Source of the DNA: an uncultured Rhodothermales bacterium
GTDB taxonomy: Bacteria > Bacteroidota > Rhodothermia > Rhodothermales > JANQRZ01
Direction of reading: 5' to 3'
DNA: 64,000 nt
NCBI GenBank assembly: GCA_964438105.1
Contig: CAYTJT010000001.1
Span: 1,236 to 65,235 of the forward strand
The position numbers were made by a program, and so were the translations under genes. Positions within the stretch are counted from its first letter, which is position 1, and every line of letters begins with the position of its first letter. This document shows, piece by piece, positions 34,240 through 41,933 of this stretch. The notes under the pieces are model-generated. The model made no database searches. It saw only the letters and a program-made list of their open reading frames with translations, and was not told the origin of the DNA.

Positions 34240-35973
34240 TCAGCGGTTCGGACCGGACGGCTCACCGGCGCCGTCCGTAGGAGAAGGGGAAGACGAGCGC
34301 GCGCGCGTCGCCTGCTCGACCAGGACGACGCGCACCTCGGTGCGGTCGGGGCCGTGCGGGTGGCGCTCGATGCGCGCGACGACGCCGCGAGCAGGCGAGA
34401 CGACGTACGTGTCGCTCTGCGCCTGAACGGCCTTGATCTGCGCCCGGGTGACGCGGGCGCGGGCTTTGCGCTCGCGCTCGGCGTGGCCGCGCTGCCAGTC
34501 GGAGAGGCGAAGAGCGGCTTGGTCGAGAGCAGCGTCGGCGTCGGCCGACACGCGTTCGGCGCGCTCGACGGCTGCCGCCGACGCGAAGCCGCCGGCGTGC
34601 TGCTGCCGTTTGCGCTGGGCAGCGTCGCGTGCCGCGTCGGCGCGGGCGCGCAGCGAGACCGGATCGGCGGCGGGCGCGCGCTCGGAGAGCACGGCGGAAA
34701 GATCGGCCTGAGCGTCGGTCAGGTCGAGGCGCGCATCCTGGACGCTGGCCGGGGAGAGGACGGCGACGGTGTCGCCCTGAGCGACCGTGTCGCCTTCGGC
34801 GATGAGCAGCCGGGGCGGCTCGCTGGGCTTGTGCGCGAACGGCACGCGGCGCACGCTGCCGGTTTCGAGAGCGGCCGGATCGTAGTTCTCGACCTCACCC
34901 TCGGGCAAGTAGACGCGGACCGATACGACGCCGGTTTCGACGATGCGGTCGAGCAGTCCCAGGCGGCGTAGATCGTCGAGCGTGGCGAACTGCAAGCTGA
35001 GATTGGTACCCGACCCGGTGACGGTGTTGAAGTGGAACGCGTCAGGCGTGATGGCCTCGCCGTCGGTCGTGGTGAGCTGGCCGTCGAGCAGGTGACGGGC
35101 GCGCGAGCCGTCGGAGCGCAGCGGGACGAGGTTCTCGAGGTCGGCGATGACCCGGCCCGCTAGGTCGGCGCGGCGGCGCGAGACGGTGACGGCTTCGCCC
35201 TTGTGCGCGTTGACCTTGTCGGGCTGGAAGTTGGCCGAGTAGGCTTCCCCGAGGGAAAAGGTCTCGCCGGTCTCAGGGTCGCGCACGAGCAGCGTCGAGA
35301 TACCTGTCGTGCCGATGGCGTCGTACGTGCCTTCGAGGCGGCGCATATGCTCGGGGTCGCTAGCCGAGACGCTGACGCTGACGAGGTGGCCGTCGCCGCT
35401 CCAATCCAAGAAGTCCCTGACTGCGGCCGATGCGTCGGCCTGAACGGAGCGCACGAGGCGGTGGTAGCCCTGCATCTGGACGACCGCAAACGGGATGGTC
35501 AGAGCCAAGAACAGCACGCCGAAGAAAGTGTCTACCCGGCTGCCGGTGACGGTGCGGTATGCCGTCTCCTGGCGGTTGTAGTAGGGAAAGACGCCGCGCA
35601 CGTCGGACCACGGCCAGAATACCCAGACGCCTTGAACCGTCCAGGTGTCGAGGAAGCAGTGAGACAGGTAGCCCGCGACGACGGCGGCGTAGAGGTGCGG
35701 CCAGTCCCACCAGAGCAGGGGCAGGCAGGCGACGACGACGACGGCCTGAGCGGCGTAGCAGTGCGTGATGGTGCGGTGTCCCCAGCGCCGTTCGATGCGG
35801 CGCGCAATCGGCTTGAACGTGCGGCCGACGGTCGAGCCGAGCGTGTCGACGTCGGGCGCGGCGGAGGCGGCACCGGCCAGCACCAGCCCGGCGGGCGTCA
35901 GGGGGATCTGAAAGAGTGTGGCGCTCAGGGTGTAGGCGAGGATGCCGCCGGTGAGGTGCGTTCCGAGCTGCAT
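34240..35973 (-). CDS. fusion protein: YdjM/DUF457-like membrane metal-hydrolase + HlyD/MFP-like adaptor
   Basis: From MQLGTHLTGG (ATG 35973; alternative start 36009). His strings WGHRTITH and GYLSHCFLD in the TM region. C-terminal LLIAEGDTVAQGDTVAVLSP hairpin, coiled coil, VVSPARGVVARIE. Confidence 0.6.
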   Translation of the reverse strand: MQLGTHLTGGILAYTLSATLFQIPLTPAGLVLAGAASAAPDVDTLGSTVGRTFKPIARRIERRWGHRTITHCYAAQAVVVVACLPLLWWDWPHLYAAVVAGYLSHCFLDTWTVQGVWVFWPWSDVRGVFPYYNRQETAYRTVTGSRVDTFFGVLFLALTIPFAVVQMQGYHRLVRSVQADASAAVRDFLDWSGDGHLVSVSVSASDPEHMRRLEGTYDAIGTTGISTLLVRDPETGETFSLGEAYSANFQPDKVNAHKGEAVTVSRRRADLAGRVIADLENLVPLRSDGSRARHLLDGQLTTTDGEAITPDAFHFNTVTGSGTNLSLQFATLDDLRRLGLLDRIVETGVVSVRVYLPEGEVENYDPAALETGSVRRVPFAHKPSEPPRLLIAEGDTVAQGDTVAVLSPASVQDARLDLTDAQADLSAVLSERAPAADPVSLRARADAARDAAQRKRQQHAGGFASAAAVERAERVSADADAALDQAALRLSDWQRGHAERERKARARVTRAQIKAVQAQSDTYVVSPARGVVARIERHPHGPDRTEVRVVLVEQATRARSSSPSPTDGAGEPSGPNR

Positions 35974-35975
35974 CG

Positions 35976-36386
35976 CTACGACCGGTACATGATCGTGGTC
36001 AGCTCCCACGACTCGGTGACCGCGCCGGGCGCGTCGGGCGTGACGTATAGCTCGACGACGTATTCGCCCTGTGGAGCGAAGAGGCTATTGGGACCGATGC
36101 CGCGCCAGTGCGCTTCGCGCTGCCCCGCCGTCTCGCGGCGCGGGCGGGTGATGTCGCGCACGAGCGAGCGCGTTCCGTCGGCCCCTACGGCGGTGATGCG
36201 GATTTGGACCTCGCCGCTGATTTCGAGCCGGTACCGGATGACGCACGGCTCCTCGAACGCGTTGAACGTAGGGCTGACGCGAAAGCTGCTGACCGACTCG
36301 ACGGCGGAGGAGACGCCGACAGGCGGCGTGCATCCGGCCAGAACGAGAAGAGCCGAAGAGGCGAGCAGGTACGGGAGAACGGTCAT
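35976..36386 (-). CDS. small lipoprotein, beta-sandwich-like
   Basis: MTVLPYLLASSALLVLAGC lipobox. The start forms an ATGA overlap with the integrase stop. Confidence 0.6.
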   Translation of the reverse strand: MTVLPYLLASSALLVLAGCTPPVGVSSAVESVSSFRVSPTFNAFEEPCVIRYRLEISGEVQIRITAVGADGTRSLVRDITRPRRETAGQREAHWRGIGPNSLFAPQGEYVVELYVTPDAPGAVTESWELTTIMYRS

Positions 36387-37480
36387 GCGACCCCCTGCAC
36401 GATAGGACCGCGCAGGTGCTCGCGCTGTCCGATGCCACTGGCCAGTCCGGCCGACTCGACGAGCTTGCGCAAGCTCTCCTCGTCGACGTGCGTGTACAGC
36501 TCGGTCGTCTGGATCGAGGCGTGGCCCAGCAGCTCCTGGACGGATCGGATGTCCCCCGATGCTTTGAGGCTGAGCGTGGCGAAGGTGCGGCGCAGCACAT
36601 GGGGCGTCAGGCGCACACGCGCTTTGATCTGCCGGCCGAGACGCGCGCACGAGCGCTCGAGCTGGGCGTATTGCACGCCGCGTCCGGTGATGGTGATGAA
36701 GACCTCGTCGGCCGACGTAGGCACGAGGCGCCGAACGGTGAGCCAGTCGAACATGGCCGGATAGGCGAAGCCGACCAGAGGCACGGTGCGCGTCTTGTTG
36801 CCCTTGCCAGAGAAGGTGAGCGACATTCCGTCGCGCTGCTGCTTGAACGCTCGACGAGGCAGCGTCATCACCTCCTCGACGCGCAGACCGGCAAACGCCA
36901 TCAGGGTGAGACAGGCACGGCGGCGAGCCGCCACGAGCAGGAGCGCGAAGGCGCGGGTCCTCTTTTCTCGGCTGACCGTTTCGAATCGCCGAGTGGCCGA
37001 CGACACGTCGGCGGAGAGGCGCGCGGCCAGGCGCTCGAGTTCGCTATCGGTGAGCACCTTGTGCGTCTCGCTTTTGCGGTCGAAGCCGGGAAGGTCCAGC
37101 AGCTCGAACGGCGAAGCGCTGACCTCCTCGATGCCTCGTAAGAACTTGAAGAAGCTGCGCAAGGTCGAGATGTGCCGCTTGACCGTTCGGGCGTGTACCT
37201 GAGACGAGAGCAGCGTCGTGTACGCCTCAGCGTCCCGGCGGCGCACTTGGTGAAGGGCCAGGGTTCGATCGGTCAGAAAGTCGCGGAAGTGGCGCAGGTC
37301 TCCGCGGTAAGCCCGCTCGGTATGGCGGCTGCCGCTCCGGGTGCGCCGCGTTCGGCCGATGAACATCTCGACGGCCTCGTCGAAGCTCAGTCGCTTGGTT
37401 GCAGCGCCGCCCGCCGGGCGAGCGGCTGGGAGAACCAGCGGGGTCGGCGGCAGGGCGTGAGGGGGAGAGAAGCGCTGCAT
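36383..37480 (-). CDS. tyrosine recombinase/integrase (XerC/D-like)
   Basis: From MQRFSPP (ATG 37480). Core-binding YRGDLRHFRDFL. Catalytic GLRVEEV, HVLRRTFAT, LLGHASIQTTELYTHV. Confidence 0.9.
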   Translation of the reverse strand: MQRFSPPHALPPTPLVLPAARPAGGAATKRLSFDEAVEMFIGRTRRTRSGSRHTERAYRGDLRHFRDFLTDRTLALHQVRRRDAEAYTTLLSSQVHARTVKRHISTLRSFFKFLRGIEEVSASPFELLDLPGFDRKSETHKVLTDSELERLAARLSADVSSATRRFETVSREKRTRAFALLLVAARRRACLTLMAFAGLRVEEVMTLPRRAFKQQRDGMSLTFSGKGNKTRTVPLVGFAYPAMFDWLTVRRLVPTSADEVFITITGRGVQYAQLERSCARLGRQIKARVRLTPHVLRRTFATLSLKASGDIRSVQELLGHASIQTTELYTHVDEESLRKLVESAGLASGIGQREHLRGPIVQGVA

Positions 37481-37504
37481 AGATCTGAAGGACCGTTGAC
37501 GGGG

Positions 37505-37533
37505 AGATACCCAGATGCAACAATGTCTGTCAA
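37505..37533 (-). promoter_or_regulatory. sigma70-like promoter for the integrase (TTGACA-N17-GTATCT)
   Basis: Minus strand reads acTTGACAgacattgttgcatctggGTATCT, 24 nt upstream of ATG 37480. Confidence 0.4.
37514..37532 (+). repeat. 19-nt direct repeat GATGCAA(C/G)AATGTCTGTCA, copy 1 (upstream of int)
   Basis: 18 of 19 identical to 39783-39801. Confidence 0.65.
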
Positions 37534-37694
37534 GTCCATGCATGCAGAATCATAGCTAGCGCGCGTTATGTGAGACCCGTATTGACGGGCACATCGCGTG
37601 CCAATCGCGGCATAGGCATACGGGAATGCCGATTCGGCGGTGCGTCTTATAAGGCCGCACGCGGCACGAGCGAGGACAACTTTTCTGGGGGGTG

Positions 37695-37718
37695 TAGTGA
37701 TAATGTTGGTTATCACTA
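37695..37718. repeat. perfect palindrome TAGTGATAA-N6-TTATCACTA
   Basis: Read directly in the int/ori intergenic region. Confidence 0.6.
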
Positions 37719-38333
37719 TCGCTTTGCGCCGCGGAATCGGCGACGTATGTGCGGTCGTCTTGCGGCAGTCGTCGTCGGCTTTTGGTGTGTTGGTCCTGAC
37801 CGGCGCCGCGTGTTCGGGTATGGGAGGTCGCGGCGGAAAGAGCCGTCCGGTGGTTCGGCAGGGGTGGTGGGTCGACCGATAGGTAGCGAACAGCATTTGA
37901 AGCGGCCTCCTGCGGGGCGATGCGTCAAAGCGGGTAGGGGATGGTCGGGGGTCACCCGCGCGCCGTCCCGTCAGCGATCAGTTCGGGCTTGGGTGGCCTA
38001 GGTTGCTCGGCGCCGCGCCGCGCGCCGTCCCGTCGATGCCGCGGTCTACCTCGGCAGCTGGTCGAGGGGAGAAACGATCAGCGGTCGAGCGACCGGCCGG
38101 ATTCGGCTCGGCGCATCGGTCAGCGCTCGGTTTCCCCACCCGGCTACCCCTTGGTAGCCGGAGCGCGCAGCGCTCCAGCAAATCCGGCGGACGCGAAGCG
38201 TTCGACCAAACGGGAATGCGCGTCAGCGCCAGCCAATCAGCCAGGCCCGAAGGGACTGCCGTTATTGTAAGCCCTGTTTTCCCCAACAGCGCTCGAACCC
38301 CTTACTAGAACCTTAAAGGAGATCTTAGAAGAT

Positions 38334-38494
38334 GGTGGGGTACTTATTCGTGGGACGAGACACTGAACCTTAGAAGATGGTGGGGTACTTATTCGTAGAT
38401 GCGTGACCGGCCTCTGACTGTTCTATTAGTAGATGGTGGGGTACTTATTCGTAGGTGGGGTACTTATTCGTCACAAGGTGGGGTACTTATTCGT
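38334..38494 (+). repeat. five 18-bp iterons GGTGGGGTACTTATTCGT (oriV candidate)
   Basis: Exact copies at 38334, 38379, 38435, 38454 and 38477. The first two carry the prefix cttagaagat. They lie immediately 3' of the rep gene. Confidence 0.85.
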
Positions 38495-38537
38495 GGACAA
38501 CTCTGGGCAGCCCTAGCGGCACGCCGGGTTGTCCACA
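38493..38537. promoter_or_regulatory. inverted pair of DnaA-box-like 9-mers (GTGGACAAC ... TTGTCCACA)
   Basis: 9-bp perfect inverted repeat. TTGTCCACA matches TTATCCACA at 8 of 9 positions. Adjacent to the iterons. Confidence 0.4.
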
Positions 38538-38593
38538 GCGCAAGAGGGTCTGGCATGTCCAGTGCAGGCATCGGTAGCAGTGGCTTTGGTGTG

Positions 38594-39691
38594 CTACCCG
38601 ATCGTCGCCTCCCGGCGCTTCTTCGCGGCGACGTGGTGCACGTCGGGTCCACAGGCGTGAAAGCGAACGCGGCCTCGGGGCGTGTCATAGGACAGAGCAG
38701 GCCACACCGCGCTGACGGCCTTGAGCGCTTCGCGAATCTCTCGGCCGTAGTCCTTCTTGGTCTTAGGTAGCAAGTCGCCGCTTTCGTCGGTGGCGTAGTG
38801 GCTTCCGAGCTGGGCGTGGATTTGGTCGTAGTTGACCGTGAAGGAGGACTTGCCGGAGCGTTCGAGCGCAGCCATGCGGTAGGTGAGCCAGAGGTACAGA
38901 TCGTACGCCGTCGGCCGGCCGCGGAAGTACTGTGCTTTGCGGAAGTCCATCGGAAAGCACTGCGCGACGGCCTCCTGGTAGAAGCGTTCACTAATCGTTA
39001 TCGAGCCGCCCTGATGGGTGCCATCGTCGTGCTCCCGGTGCCAGAAGTGGTAGGAGTCGATCATCAGGATGTTCTCTCCTCGCACGTCGCGGCGCCCAGG
39101 TCGAATGATCTCCCACTCCCATGTGATTAGGCACTTGGAGAGGCGTTCGAGCTGCTCGTACACGTAGCGAAGGCGACCGAACTCCCCGCCGCTCGGAGTA
39201 ATGTCGAGCGCGCTGCAAAAGCCGCCGATCGTGTCGCCTAAGTCGATCTCCCGAGACTCCCGCTTACGGCTCTGAGTGACGATGTAGGCGAGTAGTAGTC
39301 GGGCGAGTCCGCCGTAGGGAATACCCCGCGACACGACCGGTCTGTGCCGGTTAGGCCCGCGCATAGATCCGGCCGTTATCGACAGGGTCATCTCGCCGTT
39401 GGTCGTCGAGTAGTGCGACGCGCGTTCCTTCTCAAGCTCGTTCGAACCGTCGGGGTTCTTGCGTCCGGTCGGCGTGAGGATGAACCGGCCTTCGGCGTCG
39501 AGCGCGTAGACCTCTTTGTGCGGCAGCATCGCCTGCACCAGGATTACCGGGTTCATGGCGACCGCCTTGGCCTCGATGGCATCCTTGCCCAGGATGGCTT
39601 CGAGCTGACGGGTGCGGTTGCGCTTGCGCGTCTTGGCGGCGAGGCTGGCCGGGGCGGCCTGCTCGTCGGCCCCAGAGGAATGATCGGGCAA
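38594..39691 (-). CDS. repA: plasmid replication initiator, RepA (RepA_C family-like)
   Basis: GIPYGGLARLLLAYIVTQSRKRESREIDLGDTIGGFCSALDITPSGGEFGRLRYVYEQLERLSKC follows the PYG..RL.LAY....REI.LGD....F.....G.RY....Q...L..C pattern of this family. Confidence 0.75.
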   Translation of the reverse strand: MPDHSSGADEQAAPASLAAKTRKRNRTRQLEAILGKDAIEAKAVAMNPVILVQAMLPHKEVYALDAEGRFILTPTGRKNPDGSNELEKERASHYSTTNGEMTLSITAGSMRGPNRHRPVVSRGIPYGGLARLLLAYIVTQSRKRESREIDLGDTIGGFCSALDITPSGGEFGRLRYVYEQLERLSKCLITWEWEIIRPGRRDVRGENILMIDSYHFWHREHDDGTHQGGSITISERFYQEAVAQCFPMDFRKAQYFRGRPTAYDLYLWLTYRMAALERSGKSSFTVNYDQIHAQLGSHYATDESGDLLPKTKKDYGREIREALKAVSAVWPALSYDTPRGRVRFHACGPDVHHVAAKKRREATIG

Positions 39692-39782
39692 CGAAGCGTA
39701 GGGGGTGAGGAGGACACGCTCGGATCGAGGCGCGTCGAAAGCAAAAGCGGCTCCGGCTACCGCGTCAGATTATGAGTGACCG

Positions 39783-39801
39783 GATGCAAGAATGTCTGTC
39801 A
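39783..39801 (+). repeat. 19-nt direct repeat, copy 2 (upstream of repA)
   Basis: gatgcaagaatgtctgtca, 92-110 nt upstream of the repA ATG. Confidence 0.65.
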
Positions 39802-39883
39802 TTCGCCGGGCAAAGTCAAGTCGGCGTCACCGGCGTCGGAGCGCGGCGACCTGAGCAGCAGGCAGGCAGCAGGCTATCGGCGG

Positions 39884-40123
39884 TTACGTGGCCGCCGCCC
39901 GTTCTCGGAGCTGGCGATGCAGCGTTTTGAGCTGGGCGATTCGGGCATGGAGAGCATCGGCCATACGGGCGGCCTCTTCGGGTCGGATGGCGGCGTCGCG
40001 GGAGACGCGCGAATGCCACGCAGCCCGGCCGATCCCGCCTTCGACGGCGAGTTCGGAACCGAGAGCACTAGCGAGTTCGCGCACCTGACCCGCCGTTACC
40101 GCCGCTCGCTTAAGGCGGGGCAT
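39884..40123 (-). CDS. hypothetical small helical protein
   Basis: 79-aa ORF. Several overlapping alternative-frame ORFs exist, so support is weak. Confidence 0.3.
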   Translation of the reverse strand: MPRLKRAAVTAGQVRELASALGSELAVEGGIGRAAWHSRVSRDAAIRPEEAARMADALHARIAQLKTLHRQLRERAAAT

Positions 40124-40310
40124 TGTGAGACACGGGAGATAGGTGGGACCTGCTCATATTACGCCCGCCGGTGCAAGGAAGTCTTGCTCTGAGCGTGACG
40201 ACTTTGTCAGGGCAGGGCAGCCCGCCGGCTTTTCCAAAGCGGTCTACGGACGCTGCGCGAGCAGGTCGGCGGCAAAGGCGGCAGCTCGGCGGTCAGTGAA
40301 TGGAGCCTCC

Positions 40311-40889
40311 CTAACGCTCCGGCATCCTTCGTACCTCACCTTTGGGACTGACGTAGGCGTAGAGCGTCGACTTGGAGACGCCGAGCGTTTCGCAGAGCGC
40401 GCCGATGTCGGTTGCCGGGTCGGCGAGCAGCACCGACGCTTGCCGCACTTTTGCACGCGTCATCTTCGAGGGCCTGCCGCCCTTGCGGCCGCGCGCCCTT
40501 GCCGCCGCCAGCCCGGCGAGCGTACGCTCGCGGATGAGTTCGCGCTCGAACTCGGCGAGCGCGCCGAAGAGGTGGAAGACGAGCTGGCCTCCGGCCGTTG
40601 TGGTGTCGATCGATTCGGCGAGCGAGCGAAAGCCGACGCCGCGCTCTTTGAGCAACGCCACGTTAGCGATGAGGTCTTTGAGCGAGCGGCCGAGCCGGTC
40701 AAGCCGCCACACCACGACGACGTCTCCTTCGCGGGCGTACGCTATCGCCTCGGCGAGGACGGGCCGGTCGCTCTTGGCGCCGGATGCGCGCTCCTCGAAG
40801 ACGCGTTCGCACCCGGCGGCGGAGAGCGCGTCGAGTTGGAGGGAGAGATCTTGGTCGGCCGTCGAGACGCGGGCATAGCCGATGAGCAT
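40311..40889 (-). CDS. serine recombinase (resolvase/invertase)
   Basis: MLIGYARVSTADQDLSLQ, VVWRLDRLGRS, C-terminal HTH IGALCETLGVSKSTLYAYV. Confidence 0.9.
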   Translation of the reverse strand: MLIGYARVSTADQDLSLQLDALSAAGCERVFEERASGAKSDRPVLAEAIAYAREGDVVVVWRLDRLGRSLKDLIANVALLKERGVGFRSLAESIDTTTAGGQLVFHLFGALAEFERELIRERTLAGLAAARARGRKGGRPSKMTRAKVRQASVLLADPATDIGALCETLGVSKSTLYAYVSPKGEVRRMPER

Positions 40890-40907
40890 GGACAGGGGCG
40901 GTGGTTG

Positions 40908-41090
40908 TTCGGAAAGATAGGGAGCGCGGGTTTGTCAGCCCTAGTTTTCCGGACGGGTTTCCGAACACGCGAGGTGCTTGAAGGCGGTTTTGTCGAGTGC
41001 CTCTGGTACCATTCGGAAAACGGTCGTTTTCTGCACAGCGCTCAGACCGGTGTAAGGGGTTCGCTAGCAGTATCCGGTTCTTCTCCGAAA
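40908..41090. promoter_or_regulatory. res-like region with repeated TTCGGAAA / TTTCCGAA half-sites
   Basis: ttcggaaa at 40908 and 41012. tttccgaa at 40958. ttttccgg at 40945. tccgaaa at 41084. Immediately upstream of the resolvase gene. Confidence 0.35.
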
Positions 41091-41178
41091 TTGAGATCCG
41101 GCACTTTCGCTTGGTCGCGTGTGATGGGACCATCCCACGCATCATATAGTTATTGCACACGCACCATATATAATCGTC

Positions 41179-41460
41179 ATGGCTTCTCTCTCTACCTACA
41201 CCACGCGGCCGGACGCTAAGCGTCGCGTCGTGCTGCGCGCTGCCGATGGCCCGCTCTACGATCAGTATCTGGTACGGCACCGCGACGACGGCGTGATCGA
41301 GCTGCGGCCCCAGGTGGCCGTCGACGTGGCGTCGATCTCGAAGCGCACGCTGGGCGTGATCGAAGAGTCGATGGCCGCGCTGGCGCGCGGTGAGGCGTCG
41401 GCGCCGGTCGACCTGGACGAGACGTTTCCTGGGTTGGACGATGAGGATGCGGACGCGTGA
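41179..41460 (+). CDS. AbrB/MazE/SpoVT-like antitoxin
   Basis: KRRVVLRAADGPLYDQYLVRHRDDGVIELRPQ swapped-hairpin pattern. Acidic tail. TATAAT lies 5 nt upstream of the ATG. Confidence 0.55.
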   Translation: MASLSTYTTRPDAKRRVVLRAADGPLYDQYLVRHRDDGVIELRPQVAVDVASISKRTLGVIEESMAALARGEASAPVDLDETFPGLDDEDADA

Positions 41461-41822
41461 GGTTTACGATCCGGATGGGCGTGCCCCATATGGCCGAGTT
41501 CAACGACGCGATCACGGCGAGGGCGCGGGCGGGTACGCTGGATAAGGGCGAGACGCGGCTGTTCAAGCAGTGGCGAAAGGCGCTCGGCTTGCTGGCGCAA
41601 AATCCACGGCATCCGGGGTTGCGGACGCACGAGATCGAGCCGCTGACCGGACGGTTCGGACAGAAGGTGTTTCAGTCGTACCTGAACCAGGGCGCAACGG
41701 CGGACCGCTTCTACTGGGTCTACGGACCGGGGCAGGGCGAGATCACAGTCGTGGGGTTGGAACCGCATCCCGAAGACCGCAAGCGGGGTGGGTACGACAA
41801 GGTGACGCTGTCGGATCTGTGA
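41457..41822 (+). CDS. RelE/ParE-superfamily-like toxin
   Basis: GTGA overlap with the antitoxin. ...DRFYWVYGPGQGEITVVGLEPHPED is a typical C-terminal pattern. Confidence 0.6.
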   Translation: MRFTIRMGVPHMAEFNDAITARARAGTLDKGETRLFKQWRKALGLLAQNPRHPGLRTHEIEPLTGRFGQKVFQSYLNQGATADRFYWVYGPGQGEITVVGLEPHPEDRKRGGYDKVTLSDL

Positions 41823-41861
41823 CGCAGCTGCCGGATGCTGCTAGTTATATGTGGCTGTCCG

Positions 41862-41886
41862 GCGCACGTCGGATCGAGACGTGCGC
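41862..41886. terminator. hairpin GCGCACGTC-N7-GACGTGCGC between convergent genes
   Basis: Perfect 9-bp stem between the toxin gene (+) and the RND gene (-). The T-tract is weak. Confidence 0.45.
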
Positions 41887-41933
41887 AATGATTTGCGTTG
41901 CAATAACAGATAAATACGTGTGTTTCCGTTGGT

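Noticed and set aside
33991-34971. 326-aa plus-strand ORF
   Set aside because: It lies antisense to the YdjM-HlyD fusion and runs through an intergenic terminator. The translation is a low-complexity Ala/Arg/Gly sequence.
37540-38330. Search for a tRNA gene or tRNA fragment as the integrase target
   Set aside because: Only a weak T-loop-like GGGGTTCGAGCG on the minus strand (about 38288-38305) was found, without acceptor or anticodon stems. The hairpin ccggctacc-cctt-ggtagccg at about 38141-38160 is not tRNA-like. No att site could be supported.
38334-38494. Direct repeats considered as a CRISPR array
   Set aside because: The repeat is only 18 bp. Spacers are irregular (27, 38, 1 and 5 nt). 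There are no cas genes, and the array sits next to a Rep gene and DnaA-box-like sites. Iterons are the better reading.
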